A DNA stretch of 59,499 nt from a virus. Shown one piece after another: positions 1 through 9,703 of this stretch (the first letter of the stretch is position 1; each line of letters opens with the position of its first letter). The stretch spans positions 1 to 59,499 of IMG/VR virus record IMGVR_UViG_3300024308_000008; one strand, written 5' to 3'. Made by a program: the position numbers and the translations under genes. Below the pieces are notes generated by a model, which was not told the origin of the DNA, made no database searches, and worked only from the letters and a program-made list of their open reading frames with translations.

Positions 1-127
1 GACCCCCTTTTCTTGGAGTGGCAATACGACAAGACAGCAGCGGCCGAGCAGGCATGGCGCGACAAGGTGGCGGAGATCAAGCTGCGCTACCCGGTGGCCC
101 GTGGGGCGGAAGAGTGATCGTCCGTCT
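1..127. repeat. Terminal overlap identical to 59373-59499 (circular-assembly closure). It duplicates the 3' end of the 59208-59489 CDS, with the stop at 115-117.
   Basis: Read directly: both 127-nt strings run gaccccctttt...gagtgatcgtccgtct. Confidence 0.95.
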
Positions 128-251
128 TGAGCCCATTACGGCGATCGTCGCCGTGCTGCTGGGCTGGGCGTGGAATACCGCGACCGCTCCGGGGCTTTCT
201 TTTTTTTGTCTTGCCGGCGTGGGCGAGTTAAGCTTAACAACAGGAGGCAGT

Positions 252-710
252 ATGCCTAGATATCTGCAATACAAAAGACACCGGGTTCGCCACGGGCTCA
301 AGCACGATCGCCATGTGCCTACCCAAAAGCTGGCCACAGTAGGCGCCTTGCAGTACGCTGACAGCGGTGCGACGCCCCTTGTGTGGGCTAGCGCTATCGC
401 TGCGGCAGATTTGCGTGTCGGCGTTCAAGTTGACTATTTTGTTCGAGTCAACCCTGCAAACGTAGTACCCGCTGACAACGGTACTTACCAGTACAGCTTT
501 GAGCTGATACCTGACCCGACCGGAGTTGGCACCCCTAATACCGCTGGCATAGGGGGGCTCACGCTGACTTGGCAAGGCAACCTCGCACGCATTCAAGGTA
601 CTGTGCCCGCTAACCAAGTCGGTAAAAAGGTCACAATTCGCGCAACTGTTACAGACATGGGCGCGAACGTTGTAGCTGGGACTAACCTGGTCGGCACCTG
701 GACAGCTTAA
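252..710 (+). CDS. Ig-like ('putative Ig domain' type) virion-associated protein, function unknown
   Basis: ATG at 252 follows caggagg (241-247). The upstream part of track ORF 18..710 is read-through of the duplicated end. C-terminal pattern is GLTLTWQG..IQGTVP..KVTIRATVTDMG. Confidence 0.55.
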   Translation: MPRYLQYKRHRVRHGLKHDRHVPTQKLATVGALQYADSGATPLVWASAIAAADLRVGVQVDYFVRVNPANVVPADNGTYQYSFELIPDPTGVGTPNTAGIGGLTLTWQGNLARIQGTVPANQVGKKVTIRATVTDMGANVVAGTNLVGTWTA

Positions 711-787
711 CTTAACTTTGCCAAATGTTTCTCCTGGTGTTACGCTCATTCGTGAAGTAACACCTTTTTTGATTTTGGAGACAAGAA

Positions 788-1375
788 ATGAAAGACGTTA
801 TTCTGGCCGCCTTGGCTAAACTCGACCCCGCTGTTGACAGCCACTGGACTGCTGAAGGGCTTGTCAATCTGAACACTTTCAAGTTCCTGGCGGGTGGTGT
901 TGCTATCAGCCGCGAGCAGCTTGAAGAAGTCGCCCCGGACTTCCGCCGCGAAAACCCGCACGTTGCTGGGGAAAGCGAAGCAGAGCTGGCGACAGGTGAA
1001 GGCGCTGACGTCCTGGGTGCGCCGGAAACCGCTCCCTCTACCCCTGTAAGTTTTGACAACCAAGTGGAAGAGACCTTTTCCGCTGAAAGCTTCACGCCCG
1101 TCGAAGACTTGTCCGAAGAAGAGCTGTCGAGCATCTGCGAAAGCTACATCGAACAGATCGGCGACCTCAACGTTGCCCGCGACAAGTTCAACAGGATGAT
1201 CGATAAAAAGATCGCGTACCTGCACTCCGTTAAAGCGGAACTCGACAAGCGCCAGCCTCAAATGAGCTTGGCTGACATGGTGCGCCTGGCTCACGAAAAC
1301 GTCTCCAAAAACCAGGTTCCAGCGAACGCTCCGCGAGCCCGTCCCCACACTGTATACCCGCTTCTGAAACGGTAA
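788..1375 (+). CDS. Hypothetical acidic protein in the head/neck region
   Basis: 195-aa ORF on the coding strand of the late block, with an acidic middle and a coiled C-terminal part. Confidence 0.55.
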   Translation: MKDVILAALAKLDPAVDSHWTAEGLVNLNTFKFLAGGVAISREQLEEVAPDFRRENPHVAGESEAELATGEGADVLGAPETAPSTPVSFDNQVEETFSAESFTPVEDLSEEELSSICESYIEQIGDLNVARDKFNRMIDKKIAYLHSVKAELDKRQPQMSLADMVRLAHENVSKNQVPANAPRARPHTVYPLLKR

Positions 1376-1384
1376 GAGGTTGCC

Positions 1385-1504
1385 ATGGCCCAGCGATTCC
1401 GCAACGACAAAAGATACATTTCTTGGCTCGTTCAACAAAAACGAAAAAAGCGCCAATCCACTGGGCCAGTGCCTCCTGTTAACCCTGTGCCTGTGGAACA
1501 ATAA
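1385..1504 (+). CDS. Small basic protein (39 aa, below the ORF-track cutoff), hypothetical
   Basis: ATG at 1385 follows aagagg. Hand translation is MAQRFRNDKRYISWLVQQKRKKRQSTGPVPPVNPVPVEQ. It fills the gap before the next RBS. Confidence 0.3.
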   Translation: MAQRFRNDKRYISWLVQQKRKKRQSTGPVPPVNPVPVEQ

Positions 1505-1513
1505 GGAGATATT

Positions 1514-2008
1514 GTGGTCACTCTTATTGTAGAAGATGGGACAGGTTTACCCAACGCAAACACCTATATCAGCGTCGAGTATGCTCGTCAGTACGGGCAA
1601 GACAGGGGCATTGAGCTGGGTGAGGATTACCGGATTGCGCAAAACCTTGTCCTTGCTGCCGATTACATAAGCACAAAAGGCCCCTTTAAGGGCAAGGTGC
1701 TATCCTTGGAACAGTCCCTGGACTTCCCTCGCAGTGGGTTGCAGGTACACGGCGAGCAGTTTACTGGCGTGCCCCAAAAGGTGAAAAACGCTCAAGCCCA
1801 GTTGCTATTGGACATCAAAGAGAGCGGCGCACTACTCACGTCAAATCGCCAGTTCGCACTCAAAAAGCGCCATCTAGAAGGGTTGGTGCAGGAGTGGGCC
1901 GTGGGCTCTTATGCTCAATACAAACCTGGGGCCACTCACGTGTTGTTCGACTCCTTGATGGCTGACTACCTTAGGAATGCTTCAGGTCAAGCGTGGTGCT
2001 ACAGATGA
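1514..2008 (+). CDS. Head-tail connector protein (gp6-like)
   Basis: GTG start follows aaggag. The N-terminus 'LIVEDGTGLPNANTYISVEYARQY' is typical of gp6-like connector proteins, and the gene sits upstream of the neck/tail genes. Confidence 0.6.
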   Translation: MVTLIVEDGTGLPNANTYISVEYARQYGQDRGIELGEDYRIAQNLVLAADYISTKGPFKGKVLSLEQSLDFPRSGLQVHGEQFTGVPQKVKNAQAQLLLDIKESGALLTSNRQFALKKRHLEGLVQEWAVGSYAQYKPGATHVLFDSLMADYLRNASGQAWCYR

Positions 2009-2373
2009 GCGCCTACGACGAGTTTTATCAAATGGCCAAGGAGATGCTAGAGGACCCTGAAACCAGGTCTAGCGCGACCTTGAAGCTGGTTATTATGGAT
2101 ACACCTGTTGACAAGCCTTGGGCAGCAGGGCCCGGACAGGTCACCTCCTACCCCGTGTTCTGCTTTTACTACAAAGCGAAAAACTCGATGGTTAACGGTA
2201 CTGTGATCCAAACGGGGCAAAAAATTGCCTTGGTCCAAAGCCCGTTGCCCGAGGCTTCCTTACGCTCTGCTCTGTGGGAAGATGCAAACGGTAAGCAATG
2301 GAAGATTAAAACAACCGAGCCAGTTGAAGTAGCTGACAAAGAAGTCTACACCAAAGTTCTACTGGGGGCATAA
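2005..2373 (+). CDS. Head-closure / head-tail adaptor protein (putative)
   Basis: ATGA overlap with the upstream stop. Call rests on size and on position between the connector and the gp10-like gene. Confidence 0.4.
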   Translation: MSAYDEFYQMAKEMLEDPETRSSATLKLVIMDTPVDKPWAAGPGQVTSYPVFCFYYKAKNSMVNGTVIQTGQKIALVQSPLPEASLRSALWEDANGKQWKIKTTEPVEVADKEVYTKVLLGA

Positions 2374-2789
2374 TGGCAAGAGGATTTCGAGATCAGTTTG
2401 ACGCAGCCACCTTGAAAGTTATGAAGAAGAAGTCCGCTGAAGCGAAAGCCCGCTTGATGGGGTTTTGCGCCGCAGTCGTCGACGACACTCCTGTTTTGAC
2501 TGGGGCCTTAAAGGGTAGCTGGCAGCTTTTAAACGGCAACAACAAGAATTTTGATCGGACTACACCCCTGGACCCTAGCGGTCTAGTAACTAAAGCCCGC
2601 CTTCAGCAAAAGATAAAATATTTGCCGATTCACATGGACTGGAAGTTGACTTTCGGGAGCCCTGTAAAGTATGCGCACAAAATCGAGTTTGAAGGCTGGT
2701 CGCAGAAAGCTCCGCAGGGTATGGTTCGCAAGAACATTGCAATCGGCGGGGAGCGTCTCAAAGCGCTTTATCTTGGAGTATTTGAATGA
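2373..2789 (+). CDS. HK97 gp10-like neck/tail-completion protein
   Basis: 'VVDDTPVLTGALKGSWQL' pattern, position, and overlapping start/stop. Confidence 0.55.
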   Translation: MARGFRDQFDAATLKVMKKKSAEAKARLMGFCAAVVDDTPVLTGALKGSWQLLNGNNKNFDRTTPLDPSGLVTKARLQQKIKYLPIHMDWKLTFGSPVKYAHKIEFEGWSQKAPQGMVRKNIAIGGERLKALYLGVFE

Positions 2790-3235
2790 GCTTCGAATGG
2801 GTTGAAGATTCCCTCAGCTCCCAACTTCTAGCAGGCATGGGGGAATACGCCAAGGACATTGCTTGGAAAAACTTGCCTTTTGAACCTGGCGATCGTAGTC
2901 TGTGGTTGAAATCGAGCATTGTGCCCGCGCTAGAAGGTGTAGCCACATTAGGCAAGCATGGTGAAAACGAATACCTTGGTTTCTTGCAAGTTGGTATATA
3001 TCAACGCATAAACGAGGGTACTGTCGAATCAAAAACAGTAAGAGACTTGATCAACCGTCTTTTCCCTGTACCGGGACGGTTACAAGCACCTGAAGGGTGT
3101 ATGCTCCGAATTGAACGTAAGACCTTTTCGTCTGGCGGTCAAACGTCGATGGCAGATTTGTCCGCAGGTGGCACTGAAACGGTATGGGACGCAAGCTATA
3201 TCACAGTTTACTGGCTCGCTCGTGAGCCTAGATAG
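2786..3235 (+). CDS. Tail terminator-like protein (DUF4128-like)
   Basis: 'IAWKNLPFEPGDRSLWLKSSIVP...GFLQVGIY' pattern. The gene lies immediately upstream of the major tail gene. Confidence 0.5.
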   Translation: MSFEWVEDSLSSQLLAGMGEYAKDIAWKNLPFEPGDRSLWLKSSIVPALEGVATLGKHGENEYLGFLQVGIYQRINEGTVESKTVRDLINRLFPVPGRLQAPEGCMLRIERKTFSSGGQTSMADLSAGGTETVWDASYITVYWLAREPR

Positions 3236-3246
3236 AGGAAGCAATC

Positions 3247-4422
3247 ATGGCTGAAGGTTCACGTTACGCCAGTTACTTCGTCGCAGAGGCAACTTCTGGG
3301 GTCACTCCGTCCAACCCCACTTTGAAGGTGTTCCGTGCGACGAAGTCCGGTCTCGACATCAACATCACTGCTTTGCAGTCTGCGGAAATCCGTAACGATG
3401 CGGAGGTTGCTGATTTCCGTCTTGGCACCCGCCATGTCGCAGGTACCGCTTCTGCTGAGCTTTCCTACGGCACTTTCGACGATTTGATCGCTGCTGCTCT
3501 GCGCGGCGCCTGGGCGACCGATGTTGTCAAAGGTGGGGTGAAGCGTCAATCTTTCACTTTTGTCGACTTCAACGAAGATATTCAAGATCTTCCCTATACC
3601 GTGTATCGCGGTTGCGAAGTTAACACCATGACTATCAACGTATCTGCTGCCAACATGACTACTATCGAGTTCGGTCTGGTTGGCCGCACGATGGAACAGC
3701 TCGCAGCTTTGCCGGCTGGCTGGACTATCTCTCCGCGAACCAAAACGAGCCCGATGGACGGCTTCTCTGGCTCCCTCAGTTCGAACGGCGAAAGTCTGGA
3801 CGTTATCACCGAAATGTCCATTACCATTGAGAACGGCATCGAGCCCCGCTTTGTTGTCGGTTCCAAGTTCTCGATCAAGCCGGGTGCCAAGCGTCGCAAC
3901 GTCACGGGCAGTCTGACGGCCTACTTCGAGAACAACGCTCTCCGTTTGGCTTACCTGAACGAGCTGGAGCAGCTGATCTCTCTGGCGATCTCCGACGGGG
4001 CGGCTGGTAACACTTACCAGATCACCTTCCCCCGTGTGAAGATCACAGAAGCCCCGCACCCTGTCGACGGTGAAGGTGATATCATGCAAAACATGAACTA
4101 TCGCGCACTGCTGGACGATGCGACCGCTTCTTCGATCAAGATTGAGCGTAAGGTGGTCGTACCTCCGCCGACAGGTGTGCTGGTAACACCAGCTTTCGTT
4201 CCTACAATGGCCCCGGCTGGCACCAAGCAGTTTAAAGCGACGGTGACTGGTACAACCAACCAAGCAGTAACCTGGACAGTAACTCCCGCAGGAGCTGGTA
4301 CGATCAACTCGTCCGGTTTGTTTACAGCCGCTGCGAGCCCGACCGGACCTGCGACAATTACTGCCGCGACCGTTGCTGACCCGCTCGTCAAAGGTACAGC
4401 CCGAATCGACTCGTTCGCCTAA
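3247..4422 (+). CDS. Major tail protein with a C-terminal Ig-like (Big_2-type) domain
   Basis: Lies upstream of the chaperone/tape-measure genes and is followed by a strong terminator. C-terminus reads 'GTKQFKATVTGTTNQAVTWTV...SSGLFTAAA'. Confidence 0.8.
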   Translation: MAEGSRYASYFVAEATSGVTPSNPTLKVFRATKSGLDINITALQSAEIRNDAEVADFRLGTRHVAGTASAELSYGTFDDLIAAALRGAWATDVVKGGVKRQSFTFVDFNEDIQDLPYTVYRGCEVNTMTINVSAANMTTIEFGLVGRTMEQLAALPAGWTISPRTKTSPMDGFSGSLSSNGESLDVITEMSITIENGIEPRFVVGSKFSIKPGAKRRNVTGSLTAYFENNALRLAYLNELEQLISLAISDGAAGNTYQITFPRVKITEAPHPVDGEGDIMQNMNYRALLDDATASSIKIERKVVVPPPTGVLVTPAFVPTMAPAGTKQFKATVTGTTNQAVTWTVTPAGAGTINSSGLFTAAASPTGPATITAATVADPLVKGTARIDSFA

Positions 4423-4438
4423 GAATTGTGGTTACAAC

Positions 4439-4465
4439 AAAGGCCCTTCGGGGCCTTTACTTTTT
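4439..4465 (+). terminator. Rho-independent terminator after the major tail gene
   Basis: aaaggccc-ttcg-gggccttt hairpin followed by acttttt. Confidence 0.7.
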
Positions 4466-4511
4466 GGTGTTGATCGTTGATAGTGGCTTAACACCTTTTT
4501 GGAGAAGTCAC

Positions 4512-4901
4512 ATGGCAAGTTTTAAAATCTACAACGTTCAGATCTCCGGCGGCGAAACAACAGTTGAAATCCCCGTTGTTTTCCCTGGCATGACGTCGAC
4601 AGGTGAAACGCTCACTATCCGTAGTGTCTACAGCTCCGCCTTCCGTGAAGCACAAGCCAACATGGCCCGTCAAATCCAAGTGCTGAGAATGGCTACCAAA
4701 GGGGAGCCTTTGGATGAAGCTACCCTGGACGAGTTGGAGCGTTCTGCTTTTGCGAGTCTGGTTTCCGCCTGGTCTTTCGAAGAGGAATGCAATGCTGCCA
4801 ACGTCGTTGAGTTCTTGCAAGCCAACCCGCACATGAAAGACCTCATCAGCGTGCAAAGCGCCAAAGACTCCCTTTTTTTCAAGAACAACGACAAAAAGTA
4901 A
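4512..4901 (+). CDS. Tail assembly chaperone (lambda G analogue)
   Basis: ATG follows ggag. Call rests on size and on position directly upstream of the tape measure gene. Confidence 0.7.
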   Translation: MASFKIYNVQISGGETTVEIPVVFPGMTSTGETLTIRSVYSSAFREAQANMARQIQVLRMATKGEPLDEATLDELERSAFASLVSAWSFEEECNAANVVEFLQANPHMKDLISVQSAKDSLFFKNNDKK

Positions 4902-5275
4902 TTCAGTACGCAACCCTCGACTGGCAAATGCACGTACCGCCGGTCGGGGGTAAGTCAACGCTCTACCACCAGCTTTGCAACATCCGAAAGCAAACAGGTA
5001 AAACCCCTCACCAGCTTCAAGCTTACGAAGACTCTAAACTTCCCGAAGAGTTGGCCTACATTTATGCTTATTTCCGGGACTTTTACAATGGCGGCCAATT
5101 CAGTTATACTGAGCTGCAATCCTGGCAAGCCTTTTCTAAAATTGAGCTCACTTACATTGAAGCCGAGTTGATACGACAGCTTTGTCTGGAGCATCAACAC
5201 TTCACCTTCAAGAGACAGCAAGCTCACCAAGAATATCTTGTCAATAATCCGCCAAAGCCTAAGGGTAAGAAATAA
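4512..5275 (+). CDS. Tail assembly chaperone frameshift fusion (lambda GT analogue); -1 shift at 4874-4880
   Basis: Frame arithmetic: 4512 is frame 0 and 4928 is frame -1. There are no stops in the -1 frame between 4880 and 4928. The product ends 1 nt into the tape measure start. Confidence 0.55.
4874..4880 (+). promoter_or_regulatory. -1 programmed frameshift slippery heptamer T_TTT_TTC
   Basis: The zero frame reads CTT TTT TTC. The -1 frame is open from 4880 into track ORF 4928..5275. Confidence 0.6.
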
Positions 5276-8200
5276 TGGAAGATGCTGACATTGTCATCCG
5301 AGTGCGCTCGGATGGTATAAAAGGTGCGGAAGCTGCCCTTAGGCGTTTGCGCGAAGCAGGCGTGCAGACTGAAACTGTTACCACTCGAATGGTAGCACAA
5401 ACAGAACGTCTCAACCGCACTATGAACGGCTCACAAGTGATCATGAACACCATGGCTGCGACAGGTATGATCGCTTTCCTGGTGGGTTCCACTGCGGCTG
5501 TTGTAAACCTCAACGATGCTTGGACGTCAATGACGAACAAGCTGGCAAACGCTAACACAGAGCAAGCCCGCATGGCGGATTTGCAAGGGCGAGTGTTTGA
5601 GATCGCTCAGCGTACTCGCACGGACTTGGGTGCGACCGCCACCCTGTACGCTCGCATGGAAAGATCACTTGCTTCGTACAATGTAACAGGGTTGCAAGTC
5701 GCAAGGGTGACAGAAACGATCAACAAAGCGATGATTGTTTCGGGCGCGACAGCGGCAGAAGCGGGTGCTGCAATAGTTCAGCTATCCCAAGGTTTGCAAT
5801 CTGGCGTCTTGAGGGGTGACGAATTCCGGTCTGTGTCAGAACAAGCTCCGCGTCTGCTCAAAGCTATGGCCGATTCCTTGCATGTAACCACAGGTGAGCT
5901 GCGGGCCATGGCAGGGCAAGGTAAATTGACCTCTGACGTTGTTACCCGCGCAATCTACGACGCTTCAGAAGCGATTGACAAAGAGTTCAACAAGACCACT
6001 GCAACCTTTAGCCAGCAGCTTGCAATGGCTAACAACAACCTTGTCAAGTTTGCAGGCACCAGTGCAAGCGTGTCAAGCGCAACCCACTTGCTGGGTACAA
6101 CTGTCATCGGCTTGTCTGAGAACCTGGATACGGTTGCAACTGTCGCAGGTGTGCTTGCGGCTGTCCTTGTAGGGCGTGTGGTTACCGCTTATGGTGCCAC
6201 TGCCGCTGCATCCATACAGTCTGCGATAGCTGCTGCGCAGGAAGTGGGGGCAGCCCAAGCGCTTACCTCCGTAAAAGTGCAAGAGGCTGCGGCTCGCGTT
6301 ACTACTGCGCAAGCAACTTTAGCAGCAGCAAACGCTGAAGTGGTTGCAACTAAGGCAGCGTTCATGGCCGAGCAGCAAACCTACAAAGGAACCTCTGCCC
6401 TTGTTGCCCATTATCAAGCCAAGAACGCTGCCGCTGCTGCGACCGTAGAGCTTACAGCAGCCCAAGCAGCGTTGACAACTGTCACCAACACCCAAGTTGC
6501 CGCACAGACTCGACTGAACGTTGTTATGGCTGCTGGTCGTGGTATTATGGGCTTGCTAGGAGGCCCTGCTGGTGTCATCCTTATCGCTGCGGGAGCTTGG
6601 TACGCTTACAGTCAAGCTCAAGACAGAGCGACAGAGTCTGCACGCAACATGGGTGTCGAAACTGACACTCTCACCTCCAGACTTAAAAACCTCACCATTG
6701 AACAGCAAAAAGGTCTTCAAGTTGAACTGCAACGAGCAGAGTCTAGACTTAAGGATACTTTAAGGGAAGAAGCTTTAGCAATTCAAGAAGCTGAGTATCG
6801 CTTCAACGAAGCAACCAAAGCAACTAAAAACCTCACAGAAGGCAGTTTCCGTTACGAGCAGAGAATGGAAGCTGTCAAGCAACTTCAAGGCGACGTTGCA
6901 ATTGCAGTTGCTGCACATTCCAAGACTCAACAAGAGTTAAACCAAGTACAACAAAACGCTCAAACTGTCACGGACAACCTCCGCAACGCAGTTACAGGTC
7001 TGGGTACTGCTTACGTATACACAGCAGACGCGGCTCTTAAAATGCGCACAGTACAAAAGCAAAGTGCAGACTTGACAAGAGCACTGCAAGCCCAAGGCAA
7101 TGAAGCAGACGTAGCCAGATTAAGGCTTGCAGGTTTGACTGTTCAAGCTTCCCAGTTGCAAGACGTGCAGAACCGCGCTTCTAAGGTTTACGCTGAAAAT
7201 AAAAAGTTTGTCGACGATTATATTGCTGGCCACATTGATGCAGCCGCTGCTGTTACTGAGGATCAAAAAGGGCTTGTCAAGTTCCTCGACATGTCTAAGC
7301 AAGCCGCGGAAGCGCAAGAGAAGCTAGCACAACAACGCAAAGACGATCGAGCAGAAATTCGCCAAAATCGTGCAGCAGAAAGATACCAAGATCAGTGGGA
7401 TAAAGCTTACGAAAAAGCTGAAGCTCGCGGTCTGACTGCTGTAGATCGTTTGCGCTCTCAGCAAGCAGCTGAAGAAGCACAGATGCGCAAAAAAGCAGAG
7501 CGTGCTGGGGCGACAGAAGAGCAGTTACAAAAAGCGCTTACCGCAATACAAGTCAAGTACGACCGTGAGCGTGAGCAACTCGCAGGTGAATACAACCCTG
7601 CTTTGAAAATGAAGACAGCTTACGAAGAAGCTAACAACACCATTCGTCAACTTCAAGAAGCAGGTTTGTTAGACCTCCAAGCCGCGAACCAAGCACGCCT
7701 TGAAGCTGAGGGTAACTACCTGCAACAGCGCTTGCAGCTACTTCGTGATCAAGCTGTAACTGAGCGCGAAGAAATCGCGGGCATGTACAACCCTGCTCAA
7801 GAGGCTCAAAACGAGTACGACCGTGAACTGGCAGCACTGCAAGCCGCTCGCGATGCTCAGCTTGTGACTGAAGAAGATTTCTTGGATAAACGCCACGAGC
7901 TTTACACCAAGATGTATCAGCAACAAGCTAAATACCAGTCTCGTGAGCTTTTAAGCTTTGCTTCCAGCGCAGGAGACATGGCAGGGGCCCTTGCAACCAC
8001 TCTTGAAGCAATGGGCAAGAAAAACAGCAACGCTTATAAGGTTGCATTTGCTGCCTCCAAAGCCTTTGCTATTGCAGATGCTAGCGTAAAGGTTGCCGCT
8101 GCTGTAGCACAAGCGCTGGCGGACCCCACTGCCCTTACGCCCTTGCAGAAGTTCGCAAACATGGCTGCCGTTGCTGCGGCGGGTGCTAACCTTGTGCAGC

Positions 8201-8517
8201 AAGTCACCAGCGTCGGTATGGCGCACGACGGTATCGACAACATACCTAAAGAGGGTACTTGGCTCCTGGACAAAGGGGAACGTGTTGTAGATCGTCGCAC
8301 CAATGCCGACCTCAAAGAGTTCCTGAGTAATAACTCTGGAGGTGCGAGTTCAAGCACAATATACTTGACTCAGTATTTCCAAATCACGGGTAGCGGTGAC
8401 GCTGCTTTGCGAGCAGCAGTAGAAGAGGCGGCGGAGCAAGGGGCGACAAGGGCAGTTTCTCGCGTACACGAGGACGCTCAAAACAACGGCCCGATTTATC
8501 AGACCATTCGGAGTTGA
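5275..8517 (+). CDS. Tape measure protein
   Basis: 1080 aa, Ala/Gln-rich coiled coil, in the canonical position after the G/GT pair. Confidence 0.9.
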   Translation: MEDADIVIRVRSDGIKGAEAALRRLREAGVQTETVTTRMVAQTERLNRTMNGSQVIMNTMAATGMIAFLVGSTAAVVNLNDAWTSMTNKLANANTEQARMADLQGRVFEIAQRTRTDLGATATLYARMERSLASYNVTGLQVARVTETINKAMIVSGATAAEAGAAIVQLSQGLQSGVLRGDEFRSVSEQAPRLLKAMADSLHVTTGELRAMAGQGKLTSDVVTRAIYDASEAIDKEFNKTTATFSQQLAMANNNLVKFAGTSASVSSATHLLGTTVIGLSENLDTVATVAGVLAAVLVGRVVTAYGATAAASIQSAIAAAQEVGAAQALTSVKVQEAAARVTTAQATLAAANAEVVATKAAFMAEQQTYKGTSALVAHYQAKNAAAAATVELTAAQAALTTVTNTQVAAQTRLNVVMAAGRGIMGLLGGPAGVILIAAGAWYAYSQAQDRATESARNMGVETDTLTSRLKNLTIEQQKGLQVELQRAESRLKDTLREEALAIQEAEYRFNEATKATKNLTEGSFRYEQRMEAVKQLQGDVAIAVAAHSKTQQELNQVQQNAQTVTDNLRNAVTGLGTAYVYTADAALKMRTVQKQSADLTRALQAQGNEADVARLRLAGLTVQASQLQDVQNRASKVYAENKKFVDDYIAGHIDAAAAVTEDQKGLVKFLDMSKQAAEAQEKLAQQRKDDRAEIRQNRAAERYQDQWDKAYEKAEARGLTAVDRLRSQQAAEEAQMRKKAERAGATEEQLQKALTAIQVKYDREREQLAGEYNPALKMKTAYEEANNTIRQLQEAGLLDLQAANQARLEAEGNYLQQRLQLLRDQAVTEREEIAGMYNPAQEAQNEYDRELAALQAARDAQLVTEEDFLDKRHELYTKMYQQQAKYQSRELLSFASSAGDMAGALATTLEAMGKKNSNAYKVAFAASKAFAIADASVKVAAAVAQALADPTALTPLQKFANMAAVAAAGANLVQQVTSVGMAHDGIDNIPKEGTWLLDKGERVVDRRTNADLKEFLSNNSGGASSSTIYLTQYFQITGSGDAALRAAVEEAAEQGATRAVSRVHEDAQNNGPIYQTIRS

Positions 8518-9113
8518 ATATGGCTCAAACTATAAATTGGCCTGTTGACTTGATACCCAGCACCTTTTCGATCAAGCTTCGGACTAACACTAAACAGTTC
8601 ACGAGCCCTTTTAACAAAGCTTCACAAGACGCTCATTTCCCAGGTTCCTCTTGGCAAGTAACAATAGGCTTCGATCAACTGGACGATGACGAAGCCCGCG
8701 AATTGGAGGCTGTTCTTTTCAGCTTAGACAATGGGGGCAGAGTGCGCATACCCGACTTCGGTCGCGCTGCCACCAACAGAACGGGGGTGCTTGTGTTCGG
8801 TAACGCCCAAACAGGAGGCTCGCTGGTAACGCAGGGCTGGCCTCCCAATGTGGTCAACGTACTCAGAAAAGGCGAATACCTGGAAGTAGGCGACGAGCTG
8901 AAATATGTGTTAGAGGACGTCAGTTCGGACGCTGCGGGGCGGGCGACTATCAAGATCGCACCCTGGTTGAGGGGCTCCTACGCCTCTGGGCAAGCTGTCA
9001 ACGTAGCGTCGCCTTGCGGGTACTTCAAGATCGATGAAACTGAAACGGGGCCAGACCGCTCACCTGGTATGGTTAACAAGTTCCAAATCAAATTCAGAGA
9101 GAGCTTCTACTAA
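8514..9113 (+). CDS. Distal tail / minor tail protein
   Basis: First gene after the tape measure gene, with overlapping stop/start. Confidence 0.5.
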   Translation: MNMAQTINWPVDLIPSTFSIKLRTNTKQFTSPFNKASQDAHFPGSSWQVTIGFDQLDDDEARELEAVLFSLDNGGRVRIPDFGRAATNRTGVLVFGNAQTGGSLVTQGWPPNVVNVLRKGEYLEVGDELKYVLEDVSSDAAGRATIKIAPWLRGSYASGQAVNVASPCGYFKIDETETGPDRSPGMVNKFQIKFRESFY

Positions 9114-9703
9114 TGTCAGTTTACATGAGTATATTCACTGAAGACTTTTTAGAAGCTCTAAGCCAACCTGATGTGACAGTTTGCATGGCAGTGGAGCTCG
9201 ATTTTCCCTCCGGTGTGACTAGAGTTCATTCAGCTCTAGGCCCCCTCACTATAGGTGGGAACACTTATCTTGGGGTGGGTGCCTTGGGGGAAATTGGGGT
9301 CGTTACCGAGGACGGCACTCTGACTAGCAAAGGTGTTACTGTTATATTAAACGGCCTTGACACTAGCATCATCGGTACTGTTTTGAACGAAAAGTGTGTA
9401 GGTCGACCTGGTAAGGTTTTGTTTGCTTGTTTTAATTCACTCGGGGCTGTGATCTCCACCAATGTGCTTTATCAAGGTTATATATCCGGGAGCGGGATGA
9501 CCGCAGGCGAAGTTAACGCCGTCAGCTATACGCTTGCTAACGTGTTTGAAAAGTGGAAAGAAGGCTTGCCTGACCGCTACACAGAAGAGTCACATCTTGC
9601 TAGCAACCCTGGTGACCACATTATGAGTAAGGTAGGCCAAATGGCCGAACGCCCAATTTACTGGGGCGCTAAACAAGACGCCTTACCTTTTGCGAGGTAC
9701 TGA
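9113..9703 (+). CDS. Minor tail / tail hub protein
   Basis: Second gene after the tape measure gene, with an ATGA-type junction. Confidence 0.45.
   Translation: MSVYMSIFTEDFLEALSQPDVTVCMAVELDFPSGVTRVHSALGPLTIGGNTYLGVGALGEIGVVTEDGTLTSKGVTVILNGLDTSIIGTVLNEKCVGRPGKVLFACFNSLGAVISTNVLYQGYISGSGMTAGEVNAVSYTLANVFEKWKEGLPDRYTEESHLASNPGDHIMSKVGQMAERPIYWGAKQDALPFARY

Noticed and set aside
18-251. N-terminal 78 codons of track ORF 18..710
   Set aside because: This stretch runs through the duplicated end of the previous gene in another frame and through the intergenic spacer. An ATG with a caggagg RBS at 252 gives a sensible start.
3259-4263. 334-aa minus-strand ORF inside the major tail gene. Similar long antisense ORFs occur at 234..749, 746..1501, 50740..51447, 53822..54697, 54755..55216 and 57890..58702.
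   Set aside because: All are antisense to genes with recognisable structural motifs and operon logic. They lack RBSs and have Arg/Ser/Gly-skewed composition typical of shadow frames.
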